The position numbers and the translations under genes were made by a program. Positions 49,565 through 64,000 of a stretch of 64,000 nt of DNA are shown piece by piece. The stretch spans positions 36,908-100,907 of the forward strand of contig JAQGDQ010000759.1 in NCBI GenBank assembly GCA_030141605.1, read 5' to 3'. The notes below the pieces were generated by a model. That model was given only the letters and a program-made list of their open reading frames with translations, was not told where the DNA came from and ran no database searches. The stretch is from Tubiluchus corallicola (Eukaryota; Animalia; Priapulida). Within the stretch, counting starts at the first letter, position 1. The number at the start of each line of letters is the position of its first letter.

Positions 49565-50417
49565 CCCAGTGATAATTAGCAAAAGCGTGAATGTTGGATC
49601 CTTCAAATCAGTTTATTCAATTTCTACAGCATCATGCCAACATTAGGCTCCCAGTGATAATTAACAAAAGCGTGAATGTTGGATTCTTCAAATCAGTTTA
49701 TTCAATTTCTACAGCATCATGCCAACATTAGGCTCCCAGTGATAATTAGCAAAAGCGTGAATGTTGGATCCTTCAAATCAGTTTATTCAATTTCTACAGC
49801 ATCATGTCAACATTAGGCTCCCAGTGGTAATTAGCAAAAGCGCGAATGTTGGATCCTTCAAATCAGTTTATTCAATTTCTACAGCATCATGCCAACATTA
49901 GGCTCCCAGTGATAATTAACAAAAGCGTGAATGTTGGATCCTTCAAATCAGTTTATTCAATTTCTACAGCAACATGCCAACATTAGGCTCCCAGTGATAA
50001 TTAACAAAAGCGTGAATGTTGGATCCTTCAAATCAGTTTATTCAATTTCTACAGCATCATGCCAACATTAGGCTCCCAGTGATAATTAGCAAAAGCGCGA
50101 ATGTTGGATCCTTCAAATCAGTTTATTCAATTTCTACAGCATCATGCCAACATTAGGTTCCCAGTAATAATTAACAAAAGCGTGAATGTTGGATCCTTCA
50201 AATCATTTTATTCAATTTCTACAACATAATGCCAACATTAGGCTCCCAGTGATAATTAGCAAAAACGCGAATGTTGGATCCTTCAAATCAGTTTATTCAA
50301 TTTCTACAACATAATGCCAACATTAGGCCCACAGTGATAATAAACAAAAGCGTGAATGTTGGATTCTTCAAATCAGTGTATTCAACTTCTACAACAATGC
50401 CAAACATTGGGCCCACA
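49565..50417. repeat. 85-bp minisatellite, ~10 copies
   Basis: CCCAGTGATAATTA recurs at 49565, 49650, 49735 and onward. Confidence 0.97.
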
Positions 50418-50691
50418 GAGATGGATGCAAGTTTAACACAGGTAAAAGAGAAGAGATATTCTGGTATTTACAAAATTAAAATAAGTTCATGAAATATTAA
50501 ATATAATACATGCAAATTACAATAAATAAATTACTAGTATTTTAACGTATATCATAAAATATACTGTTATTAGTACTAATTAACTTTTGTTCACCAACTG
50601 ACTCTTTGAAGCTGCTATAAATCTATGTATTTATACTGTAACTAGAGACATTTCTCTTTAATACTGAATTGAATGTTGAATGAGTTGATAT

Positions 50692-51210
50692 TGTGAAAGT
50701 TGTAACTGTATATTTTAGGTGCTGCCATCTATTGATTAGTCACTTTAACATTTTACTAGTTAAACTCACCCCTAGTACAATTGCTCGGTCCAGTGAATAT
50801 GCAAACTCACTGGATCTCCCCTATTTTTACTGTAATGGGATATGTGAAGCCAAGTTTTTGCATAGTTCTCTACCTATATATACTGGCTGGATTTCACTTC
50901 TAGCCACTGTCTAAATCTTAGCAGTCATGTTACATATATCTATGTAGTGTAATAAACGGTTTCAGTTTTTGTGCAGATATGTAATATAGTGTTCAAGACG
51001 CGCACAGACAGACGCACACACGCCACTTACACATTCTCTTGTATACTTGTATTTTCAGATACACTCAAACACTTTCCAGATTTTCACGTTTAGTGTAATC
51101 ATTTCGCGTTCCTTCATACTTTTGTGTTGTAGAATTCTCACTTAATAAACTAGTTTAATTTGACGAAGTGTTTTCTGGTTTTCTCTACGAGTCTCCGAGA
51201 GAGACAAAAG
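50692..51210 (+). mobile_element. Fused LTR-A 5' part and LTR-B 3' part
   Basis: 50692-50985 matches the reverse complement of LTR A; 51000-51210 matches 54395-54590. Confidence 0.65.
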
Positions 51211-52989
51211 TCAAGTTAATCAACGCGAAGTAATTAAGGTGAACTTCGCCACACCAGCGGCCTTAGTCATCAAATTTTCTGACTTTCTAGGGGTGTTACC
51301 TGAACTAATAACGTCGAGACATTATAATAACCCAGGTAGGTAACCGACAGTGTTATTAAAATTTATTGCGTTAAAGCCAGGCATGATTGATCCATATAAA
51401 GTTTTAAAAGGATATTAGAGTTGCAGAATTACTGTGGGTTCATTTGGGATATGAAGTGGAAATAGACGTAGTTATGTGTTCAGTTAAATTCCCGTGTTCA
51501 ATCATCCAATGTCCAGGCGATGAACAACTTGGATAACAATGACCGAGTTATGAATGCCTGGTTTACAATTGACAAAATATCCTATTCCGCTTATCTTGTG
51601 TCCAGACATTGTGTTCGATTTTAATAAGAAGTTCGGTTACGTGTTGTAGAAATTTGCAATCATTTTATTGTAAAACGTATACAATGTTCACCTCAATCAC
51701 AAAATTGAACAAACAGTCATAAAGTTCGCAATATGATATTTAACAGTAGGAAATTTGCATCTTTTCTCAATGCTGTCTCTAGATCAACTGAAACTTGCAT
51801 GCCTGAGAGAATAAAGCTGTAATCACATGACCAGACATACAAGTTCCTATTGGAAGGTACATTAAATTCATGCATACAGACCATAAATGGAAAGGTTACC
51901 TATACTCTACACTACAGACTACTAGTCAAACCAAAATCAAAGTCTACTTGGCTTCTTTGATGGCAGAATAAAGATTATTGGTTTCCAGAAAGCTGTGTTA
52001 TAATGTTATAATTTTTCTCTATTTAAACTTGAATAAAAGAGTTAGAACAAGAATTAAAGCATGAAATTAACAATCTAATTACTCTGATTAATGAATATCT
52101 ATAAAAGCAAAAGGAAACAATATTTATAAACAGAAATCAATCTCTGACAAACTTTGTACAATTAGAGTAAAACAACGACTGTAGATGGCAGCATAGACTA
52201 ATTCAGTACTTTAGTGTAGTAGACCGACAATTAAATGGATCACATAATACTACAATCACGTACTCGGTACAATAAGAGACACGTGTGATTATCAAATGCC
52301 AAAATGCCTATTTTCTTGTTATCAAAATTAATATTCAGGTATCCAAAAAAAGATTTACTCGTAAAAAAATTGGACAAAGATAATTAGGTTTCTTATTCTA
52401 TCGCTGGCAATTTTTTTGCAATTTACTTGTTTTAATAGTAAATACGGCGCAGCAATAATGAATCACATTTGGGGTTCCGATTTTTGGACCTATATAATAA
52501 TTGATATTTATTTATTAGTGTCAAAATGCATACCAGACATACATACAATTTCAATTTTGAGATATACAAAAAAAAACAAGACATATATACGATTTCAATT
52601 TTGAAATATAATAACACTATATAAAAAAACAATTACTAATAAACAAATATTGTTAAATCTTCCTGTTAGTTATATTAGTTATTTAATGAAAAGTTTAATG
52701 ATTAATATTTAAAATAAATTGTCATTCATTAAGCCTCATTTCCAATGATATGATCATTACATAGTACATTGTTCATCTTAAAAACGCATTTTCAGCATGA
52801 GTAGACCAAAGCTAGAAAATAAAAAAAACAATACTTGGCACTGACTTTATAGATAAAAACGTTTTGAGAAAGCTCAGAAAAAAGTCATAAGCTTGTGAGA
52901 TAAGAACTCACAAACATTTATGAATCTGCAAAAAATGGAATGAAAAAATAACAAAAAATTGAAATTTTTGCGCTCACTCCGCGTAAAAC

Positions 52990-53600
<611 letters not shown>

Positions 53601-54058
53601 TGCAGAGTGGCGTTACATGTACCTACCAAACGAACGATTAATTATAATCATCTTGTACTCGCCAATTCTTCATAAAACCAAAAATCATTTATCAGTCGAA
53701 ATCTGCATTAGTTGAGTCCATATATATCGGTTAGTTTTGACAGGCTTTGTTTTACTTGCGCGCTTTCGTACAATCAGAGTTTCGGTGGCGGATCCAGTTT
53801 TAGGTGCAAGCCGGTAAAAATTGCTGAAAAGTCGCTAATCTCCTGGGCGCGCCTGTATAATTTCGCAATATCGGATCTGAGGAAATTCTATCTTCCGCGG
53901 TGAGAAATTATCCCCTCTTTCGAAAGGTTCGATTAACGTCTCGTCAGAAAACTACAATTTATTACGAAATTTCAATAACTGTCCGAACTATTTAATCAGC
54001 GGAGTGATTTTCACCTAATAGTTTACTCTAAATAGATATTCATTTACTAAGCATCAGT

Positions 54059-54596
<538 letters not shown>

Positions 54597-54744
54597 ACAG
54601 TAACTGCCTGCGTGGTTAATCACATTAAATAGATAAAATTATATAATACCTGTCGATCCGTTGATCAGGTAGTCAGCAACCAGTGGTCATTCACTCATCT
54701 GTCAACTATTTTCTGTTTGGCATGTAGTTCAGTTGGTTAGTGAA

Positions 54745-55182
54745 TCAGTGAGTGAGTGAATGAGTGAGTGAGTGTGTGAGAGTGAGTGAGTGTGTGAGTC
54801 AGTGAATGAGTGAGTGAGTGAATGAGTGAGTGAGTGAGTGAATGAGTGAGTGAGTGTGTGAGTGTGTGAGTGAGTGAGTGAGTGTGTGAGAGTGAGTGAG
54901 TGTGTGAGTGAGTGAATGAGTGAGTGAGTGAGTGTGTGAATGTGTGAGTGAGTGTGTGAGTGAGTGAATGAGTGAGTGAGTGAGTGTGTGAGTGAGTGAA
55001 TGAGTGGGTGAGTGAGTGAGTGAGTGAGTGTGTGAATGAGTGGGTGAGTGAGTGAGTGAGTGAGTGTGTGAGGTAGTGAATGAGTGGGTGAGTGTGTCAG
55101 TCAGTCAGCTAAGTCAGTCAGTCAGTTGGCCACCCGGTCAATCAGTCAGTCAGTCAGCCAGTCAGTCAGTCAGTCAGTCAGC
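54745..55182. repeat. (GAGT)n / (CAGT)n microsatellite
   Basis: Directly visible. Confidence 0.95.
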
Positions 55183-55431
55183 CAAATCGTCTGTCTACCA
55201 TTCAATCAGCTAGTTAGTCATTTGGTTGGTTCTGGTGACTTTCTCTACGGAGTTCTAGCGATTTTGTGATTAAAGGGAAATTCAGAGAAACTAACTCAGA
55301 GAAATCAGGTAAACACACAAAGAAGATTTTTTTAACTGTGTACAACATACATCATGGCGAATAATGTTCTGGTTATCTTATTTTGATTACAAGATGGAAA
55401 ACATTTTAAACTTAGAGCTCGTAATAAAGAT

Positions 55432-55882
55432 TTTAATTTAATATTTTATTTCAAACTTTACAAAGTTCATATACTTATCACAAATTAATACAAATAATAC
55501 AATAAATCATGACACACAACAATAATACAAATAACAATTAACGATATAACAAACTACGCCAATGACGTCTAATTACAGAAGTAAAGTTTAAATCACTGTT
55601 TAAAATGTCCTTGCATATAAAATTTTCACTCTTATTCAGCCTGACGTGTAAACTGTATGCACATTTTCTGTGAATCACATCAAAGTAAATAATATTAAAT
55701 CTAGTAGAAATATATCTAGCGCTCGTATCATATGAAAAGTTAAACAGATTCCGTGTTGATATATGCAACCTTGAGTTCGCTAAGATTGTAAGAATAAAAA
55801 GTGGATATACAATAAATGGTAGTGTAGTAAGCATTAAACAATTGTCTCTTCACGTTAACTGAACAGTGAGTAAATTTCATGA
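55432..55882 (-). mobile_element. Non-LTR retrotransposon 3' fragment, copy 2
   Basis: Colinear with 42946-43404. Confidence 0.8.
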
Positions 55883-56119
55883 TCATTTGCACATAAATCT
55901 ATTTGTCACTTCTAGAGGAACGTTGTCTTTTTCAGCAGCAGCAGCCTGTGTAGCAAACAATTCATTATCCAAGTTATTGCCGCTATAAATAAGTTTTGCA
56001 TTGAGAAATTGAGCGCAAAGTTTTCTGACAGTTTTTTTAATGCGGATTTGCAGAGACATGAAAAATGCGATTCGATATTTCTGAGATGAGAAATGACAAC
56101 TGAGAAAATACGAAAACGA

Positions 56120-56778
56120 GATGAGTGCATGTAAAGCTGAGTTCACATTGTGTCAAGATGAGTGCATGTAAAGCTGAGTTCACATTGCGTCAAGATGAGT
56201 GCATGTAACGTTGAGTTCACATTGTGTCAAGATGAGTGCATGTAACGTTGAGTTCACATTGCGTCAAGATGAGTGCATGTAACGTTGAGTTCACATTGCG
56301 TCAAGATGAGTGCATGTAACGTTGAGTTCACATTAACGTTGAGTTCACATTGTGTCAAGACGAGTGCACGTAACGTTGAGTTCACATTGCGTCAAGATGA
56401 GTGCATGTAACGTTGAGTTCACATTGCGTCAAGATGAGTGCACGTAACGTTGAGTTCACATTTGAGTGCATGTAACGTTGATTTCACACTGTGTGTAACG
56501 TTGAGTTCACATTGCGTCAAGATGAGTGCATGTAACGTTGAGTTCACATTGCGTCAAGATGAGTGCATGTAACGTTGAGTTCACATTGTGTCAAGATGAG
56601 AGCATGTAACGTTGAGTTCACATTTGAGTGCATGTAACGTTGAGTTCACACTGTGTGTAGCGTTGAGTTCACATTGCGTCAAGATGAGTGCATGTAACGT
56701 TGAGTTCACATTGCGTCAAGATGAGTGCATGTAACGTTGAGTTCGCATTGTGTCAAGATGAGAGCATGTAATGTTGAG
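56120..56778. repeat. 37-bp minisatellite with deletion variants
   Basis: Unit GATGAGTGCATGTAACGTTGAGTTCACATTGCGTCAA. Confidence 0.95.
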
Positions 56779-56904
56779 TGGTTCACTGGTTCATTCTTAC
56801 ACTGATTGGTTCAGCCTGGCTGGCATGGAGAGCTTGAGAGCTGGAAGGGTTGCCAGCATAAGCATAAATTACTGAATTTGCTGTTCAATATCGAATGCGA
56901 AGTT

Positions 56905-57160
56905 ACCAGACGGTTTAGTCTACTGGTAATGCGTCTGCTTTCCGTCTGGGAGGTCGTGAGTTCTAACCAGCGGCCGGGTAATAATTAAGACTTTAAAAAT
57001 GGTACCTGCTGTTGCCCTGCCTGACGCGTGGTATTTAGGGTAAAAGTGGGGTAATAATAGTCTCTGTTATGTAGTTGTAGGTTGTTATTTACAGTCGGCG
57101 ATAATGGCTCTTTGAGCTAATGTTAATTGTTGAGCCAAAAGCCGACTTTAAATAAATAAA

Positions 57161-57214
<54 letters not shown>
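56905..57214 (+). mobile_element. tRNA-derived SINE, copy 2 (tail interrupted by a solo LTR)
   Basis: Colinear with 8436-8699; the (ATT)n tail resumes at 57634. Confidence 0.85.
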
Positions 57215-57215
<1 letters not shown>

Positions 57216-57633
57216 GTGAAAGTTATTTGTGAAGTTGAAATTGAACACTTGTAGAAACAACTAAACACCAGATTACATGTTTGCACAAAACTGAAACACT
57301 TTTATTGCACTAAATACACAGTAAAATGCACAAGTAAAATGAAGATCACAACTGCTGCACAGCACTGAGTGTGTGACAGAGAGACAGTGTGTCCCATGAG
57401 TTGCACGACTGCACTGCCTGAGACAGAGAGTGAAATCTAGTCAGTTTATATAGGTAGAGAAGTATGCAAAACTTGGCTTCACATATCCCATTACAGTGAA
57501 AATAGGGGAGATCCAGTGAGTTTGCATATTCACTGGACCGAACAATTTTACTAGGGGTGAATTGAACTAGTAAATGTTAAAGTGACTAATCAATAGACGG
57601 CAGCACCTAAAATATACAGTTACAACTTTCACA
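57215..57633 (-). mobile_element. Solo LTR-like element A
   Basis: TGTGAAAGTT...AACTTTCACA termini, TATA and AATAAA on the minus strand, ATTAT flanks; partial copy at 50692-50985. Confidence 0.65.
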
Positions 57634-57819
<186 letters not shown>

Positions 57820-58036
57820 GAAATAACGCGCTGAAAAAGAAATAACTCCTGAACTGTTTGATATCTTCTAATGAGTGCAAAGTTGTATGCGTGGTATTCA
57901 AAATCATATGACATTAAATTGCCTGATTTTTATAAGTGTTTCACGTGGAAAATAAAAAACTGTTTGGAATCAAACACAGGCATTGCAAAAGGTTTCTTAG
58001 ATTGCAACTAGTATGGTACTGTAATATATCGTGTAT

Positions 58037-58612
58037 AAGGACACGCTGCACGCTGCAATGCCCCAAGTGGATTTATTTCTAAGGATCAATGCTGAAGTGT
58101 TTAAATCTTTCTGTGCAAAATCTTAATATGTTAACATTTGTCCTCCTGCAGGTTTTTTAGCTGGTTCTATGGCTTGTTGAAGAGCTATCTTCACTGGAAT
58201 ATCATCAGGTAGTCTAAGCATATGCCCAATCCGTCTTAAACGGCGTCTTTTTATTTTTCTTGTCCAAGGTTCCTCTTTTATTCTTTCACATAGATCTTTG
58301 TTTGAAATTTTCTTTGGCCATCTAATACCCAAAATGTTTCTGTAATTTCGCCTTTAAAACGCATCGATTTCAGCTTTATGATTTGCTTTTAATGTCCAGA
58401 GCTCAGAGTTAAACAGAAATACAGTTTCAACTAAGGCTGAGAATATTCTAATTTTTGTTTCCAAAGAAATCTTTCTATTCTCAAAAACTTTTGTGAGTTT
58501 TGAGTAAGCTGATAATGCCATTATCTTCCGGCTTAGCGCGTAGGGAGTCCTGGCATAGCGAGGTGAACAGAATCGTGTCCCTGGACATGTGATTCATTGA
58601 AGAAGAAGAAGA
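58037..58612. mobile_element. RTE-clade LINE copy with inverted 5' part
   Basis: About 58043-58535 is antisense and 58538-58612 is sense with the (GAA)n tail; TSD ATATCGTGTAT. Confidence 0.88.
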
Positions 58613-58929
58613 ATATCGTGTATTGATGCATGCATTCATATCTTTTTCCTGCCTCTTGGTAAATGCTTTCTTTTTTGATAATTTAAGTTGTAATTAAAAA
58701 GTCATTGATGCGTTTGAGGTGATTTTTGTTAAAATTTAACGTCGCATTTTTGATGGAATCTTAATATATTACTAGAATAGTTATTGGTCAAGCGTATAAT
58801 ATTAAATATATAATATGCGGAAACAATGAACGAGCGAACAAACAAAAGAACGGACAAATAAACAAGCATTGAATGTACAAGGAACAAACGAACGAAGAAG
58901 GCACGAATGAACGAACTGCAAACAAAAAA

Positions 58930-58959
58930 ACACATACATACATACATACATACATACAT

Positions 58960-59014
<55 letters not shown>

Positions 59015-59468
59015 TACATACATACATACATACATACATACATACATACATACATACATACATACATACATACATACATACATACATACATACATACATA
59101 CATACATACATACATACATACATACATACATACATACATACATACATACATACATACGCACACACGCATACATGCATACACGCACACACACACGCACACA
59201 CACACACGCACACATGCACACACACACACACACACACACGCACACACACACATACACACATGCACATGCACACATGCACACACGCACACACACACACATA
59301 CACACACGCACATACACACGCACACACACACATACACACACACACATACACACACATACACACGCACACACACACATACACACACGCACATGCACACACG
59401 CACACACACGCACACGCACACCGACACATGCACACGCACGCACACACACACACACACATGCACACACA
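58930..59468. repeat. (CATA)n / (CA)n compound microsatellite
   Basis: Directly visible. Confidence 0.97.
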
Positions 59469-59781
59469 ATCCCGATCAAATAAACATGGTAATGTACACT
59501 TTCTTAAAGAAGCACCAACTGCTTCTTTAAAATTGTCCAACTACACCTAATGAGACTTATATGTCAACAAATAACAAATGTCATTGTCCATCACATTTTC
59601 TAGAGTAACTTAATAAATTCTTCGAGTGATACTTTGAGATCTATATCAATTTGTCAATCAGAACTTGTTCATAAGACAAAATTTATTAAATCCACTGTGA
59701 TATTAACTCTATTGCCTTATGAGAAAACTTATCGATTCCATAGCTAGTGGGAAATCTGAGAGAAACAACACTGATGTATGT

Positions 59782-60678
59782 TGAACACCATGTGAACACA
59801 ATACGAACACCATGTGAACACAATATGAACACCATATGAACACCGTGTGCACACAATACGAACACCGTGTGAACACAATACGAACACCATGTGAACACAA
59901 TACGAACACCGTGTGAACACAATACGAACACCGTGTGAACACAATACGAACACCGTGTGAACACAATACGAACACCATGCAAACACAATACGCACACCAT
60001 GTGAACACAATACGAACACCGTGTGAACACAATACGAACACCGTGTGAACACAATACGAACACCGTGCGAACACAATACGAACACCGTGCGAACACAATA
60101 CGAACACCATGTGAACACAATATGAACACAGTGTGAACACAATACGAACACCGTGTGAACACAATACGAACACCATGTGAACACAATATGAACACAGTGT
60201 GAACACAATACGAACACCGTGTGAACACAATACGAACACCGTGTGAACACAATACGAACACCGTGTGAACACAATACGAACACCATGCGAACACAATACG
60301 CACACCATGTGAACACAATACGAACACCGTGTGAACACAATACGAACACCGTGTGAACACAATACGAACACCGTGTGAACACAATACGAACACCGTGCGA
60401 ACACAATACGAACACCGTGCGAACACAATACGAACACCATGTGAACACAATACGAACACCGTGCGAACACAATACGAACACCGTGCGAACACAATACGAA
60501 CACCGTGCGAACACAATACGAACACCGTGCGAACACAATACGAACACCGTGCGAACACAATACGAACACCGTGCGAACACAATACGAACATCATGCGAAC
60601 GCAACACGAACACCATGTGAACGCAACACGAACACCATGTGAACACAATATGAACACCATGTGAACACAATATGAACA
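59782..60678. repeat. 22-bp minisatellite, ~40 copies
   Basis: Unit GAACACCGTGTGAACACAATAC. Confidence 0.97.
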
Positions 60679-60747
60679 GGACACTAGACAGGTGTTAGGG
60701 TGCTAATAAGGATAGTCCATAGTTGTGAAGTTCAGTAAATCTTTGTT

Positions 60748-61140
60748 AATAGGGTTTTCACAGTTTCGTTGTGTGCACGCGCAGTTGCTGTAGGTCAAAG
60801 GCTAAGTGTACCACAGCAACGTGTCTTAACTACATCCGTCACGGGACATATGAGTAAAGCAAAGCCGTCCATCGCATCAGTTCAGTAACTTCAGTTGTTT
60901 ATTAATTATGCTTTAATTATGCACTAGTCTAGTGCGTAGAGTGATTTACTAGCAGGATCTTGCTTAGGAACAAAAAGAAATGAACTAGGTAAGGTTATAG
61001 CTAGCTGTTAAAATTGTTACTATTACAATAGCATGGGTTGTGAGGCGTTCTCAAGTGAACACAAATGCGTTGTCTGGTACACTTAACTTTTGACCTTTTC
61101 ACGATCATCATCAATCGCTGGAATTGTGAATAGGCTTATT
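60748..61140. mobile_element. Copy 3 of the 2840-3342 MITE
   Basis: AATAGGGTTTTCACAG...GTGAATAGGCTTATT, colinear with copy 1. Confidence 0.75.
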
Positions 61141-61254
61141 AATTGCGTCTCGATATATTACAGACATACCCGCTTATATAATTTGTGCTATTCATTTACA
61201 AATGACTGTTACTCGCAATAAGCACTGGTACAGGGAGTCACTTATTCATAAATT

Positions 61255-64000
61255 GCATCTTCTTACGACATGCTGAATAACCTACGCATCTTCTTACGAC
61301 ATGCTGACCAACTCACGCATCTTCTTACGACATGCTGACCAACCCACGCATCTTCTTACGACATGCTGACCAACCCACGCATCTTCTTACGACATGCTGA
61401 CCAACTCACGCATCTTCTTACGACATGCTGACCAACTCACGCATCTTCTTACGACATACTGAACAACCTACGCATCTTCTTACGACATGGTGACCAACCT
61501 ACGCATCTTCTTACGACATACTGAACAACCTACGCATCTTCTTACGACATGCTGAATAACCTACGCATCTTCTTACGACATGCTGACCAACTCACGCATC
61601 TTCTTACGACATGCTGACCAACCCACGCATCTTCTTACGACATGCTGACCAACTCACGCATCTTCTTACGACATGCTGACCAACTCACGCATCTTCTTAC
61701 GACATGCTGACCAACCCACGCATCTTCTTACGACATGCTGACCAACCTACGCATCTTCTTACGACATGCTGAACAACCCACGCATCTTCTTACGACATGC
61801 TGACCAACCTACGCATCTTCTTACGACATGCTGACCAACCCACGCATCTTCTTACGACATGCTGCACAACCCACGCATCTTCTTACGACATGCTGAACAA
61901 CCCACGCATCTTCTTACGACATGCTGACCAACCTACGCATCTTCTTACGACATGCTGACCAACCCACGCATCTTCTTACAACATGCTGACCAACCTACGC
62001 ATCTTCTTACGACATGCTGACCAACCCACGCATCTTCTTACGACATGCTGACCAACCTACGCATCTTCTTACGACATGCTGACCAACCCACGCATCCTCT
62101 TACGACATGCTGACCAACCTACGCATCTTCTTACGACATGCTGACTAACCCACGCATCTTCTTACGACATGCTGACCAACCTACGCATCTTCTTACGACA
62201 TGCTGACCAACCCACGCATCTTCTTACGACATGCTGACCAACCTACGCATCTTCTTACGACATGCTGACCAACCTACGCATCTTCTTACGACATGCTGCA
62301 CAACCCACGTATCTTCTTACGACATACTGTACAACCTACACATCTTCTTACGACATGCTGACCAACCCACGTATCTTCTTACGACATGCTGACCAACCCA
62401 CGTATCTTCTTACGACATGCTGACCAACCCACGTATCTTCTTACGACATGCTGACCAACCTACGCATCTTCTTACGACATGCTGACCAACCCACGCATCT
62501 TCTTACGACATGCTGACCAACCTACGCATCTTCTTACGACATACTGACCAACCTACGCATCTTCTTACAACATGCTGCACAACCCACGTATCTTCTTACG
62601 ACATGCTGACCAACCTACGCATCTTCTTACGACATGCTGACCAACCTACGCATCTTCTTACGACATGCTGACCAACCCACGCATCTTCTTACGACATGCT
62701 GACCAACATACGCATCTTCTTACGACATACTGACCAACCTACGCATCTTCTTACAACATGCTGCACAACCCACGTATCTTCTTACGACATGCTGACCAAC
62801 CCACGTATCTTCTTACGACATGCTGCACAACCCACGCATCTTCTTACGACATGCTGCACAACCCACGCATCTTCTTCCGACATGCTGCACAACCTACGCA
62901 TCTTCTTACGACATGCTGCATAACCTACGCATCTTCTTACGACATGCTGCACAACCCACGTATCTTCTTACGACATGCTGACCAACCTACGCAGCTTCTT
63001 ACAACATGCTGAACAACCCACGTATCTTCTTACGACATGCTGACCAACCTACGCATCTTCTTACGACATGCTGACCAACCCACGCATCTTCTTACGACAT
63101 GCTGACCAACCTACGCATCTTCTTACGACATGCTGACCAACCCACGGATCTTCTTACGACATGCTGACCAACCTACGCATCTTCTTACGACATGCTGCAC
63201 AACCCACGTATCTTCTTACGACATGCTGACCAACCTACGCATCTTCTTACGACATGCTGACCAACCCACGCATCTTCTTACGACATGCTGACCAACCTAC
63301 GCATCTTCTTACGACATGCTGACCAACCCACGCATCTTCTTACGACATGCTGCACAACCCACGCATCTTCTTACGACATGCTGACCAACCTACGCATCTT
63401 CTTACGACATGCTGACCAACCCACGTATCTTCTTACGACATACTGACCAACCTACGCATCTTCTTACGACATGCTGCACAACCCACGTATCTTCTTACGA
63501 CATGCTGACCAACCTACGCATCTTCTTACGACATGCTGAATAACCTACGCATCTTCTTACGACATGCTGACCAACCTACGCATCTTCTTACGACATGCTG
63601 AATAACCTACGCATCTTCTTACGACATGCTGCACAACCCACGCATCTTCTTACGACATGCTGACCAACCTACGCATCTTCTTACGACATGCTGACCAACC
63701 TACGCATCTTCTTACGACATGCTGACCAACCTACGCATCTTCTTACGACATGCTGCACAACCCACGCATCTTCTTACGACATGCTGACCAACCTACGCAT
63801 CTTCTTACGACATGCGGAACAACTCACGCATCTTCTTACGACATGCTGACCAACCTACGCATCTTCTTACGACATGCTGAATAACCTACGCATCTTCTTA
63901 CGACATGCTGAACAACCTACGCATCTTCTTACGACATGCTGGACAACCTACGCATCTTCTTACGACATGCGGAACAACTCACGCATCTTCTTACGACATG
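61255..64000. repeat. 31-bp satellite, about 88 copies visible, runs off the window
   Basis: Unit GCATCTTCTTACGACATGCTGACCAACCTAC. Confidence 0.98.

Noticed and set aside
58729-60684. Long ORFs of 200-330 aa
   Set aside because: Stop-free frames of microsatellite and 22-bp repeats.

Overview
AT-rich, repeat-dense animal (invertebrate) genomic DNA; the 5S-derived sequence looks lophotrochozoan-like, which is an inference. Three spliced host genes were reconstructed by hand from GT-AG sites with consistent phases. (1) A complete 8-exon, 354-aa three-Ig GPI-anchored lachesin/IgLON/DIP-like adhesion protein gene (minus strand, 23443-5937). (2) A complete 5-exon, 184-aa SDHC gene (plus strand, 23734-33867), head-to-head with the first, with only 290 bp between the ATGs. 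(3) The first two coding exons (TM1-TM4) of a class A peptide-receptor-like GPCR (plus strand, 40566-49452; the rest is not found in the window). The remainder is mobile DNA and repeats: hAT-, piggyBac- and Harbinger-type MITEs, tRNA-SINEs, a 5S-rRNA-headed SINE, LINE fragments (one with a twin-priming inversion), solo LTRs, about 11 unrelated minisatellite arrays and microsatellites. The most unusual unit lies antisense in lachesin-like intron 1: a 28-unit stem-loop array with two swapped 'spacer' types, bracketed by splice signals, followed by a catalytically dead retropepsin-like ORF. Most ORFs in the supplied track are repeat artefacts. No database searches were run.
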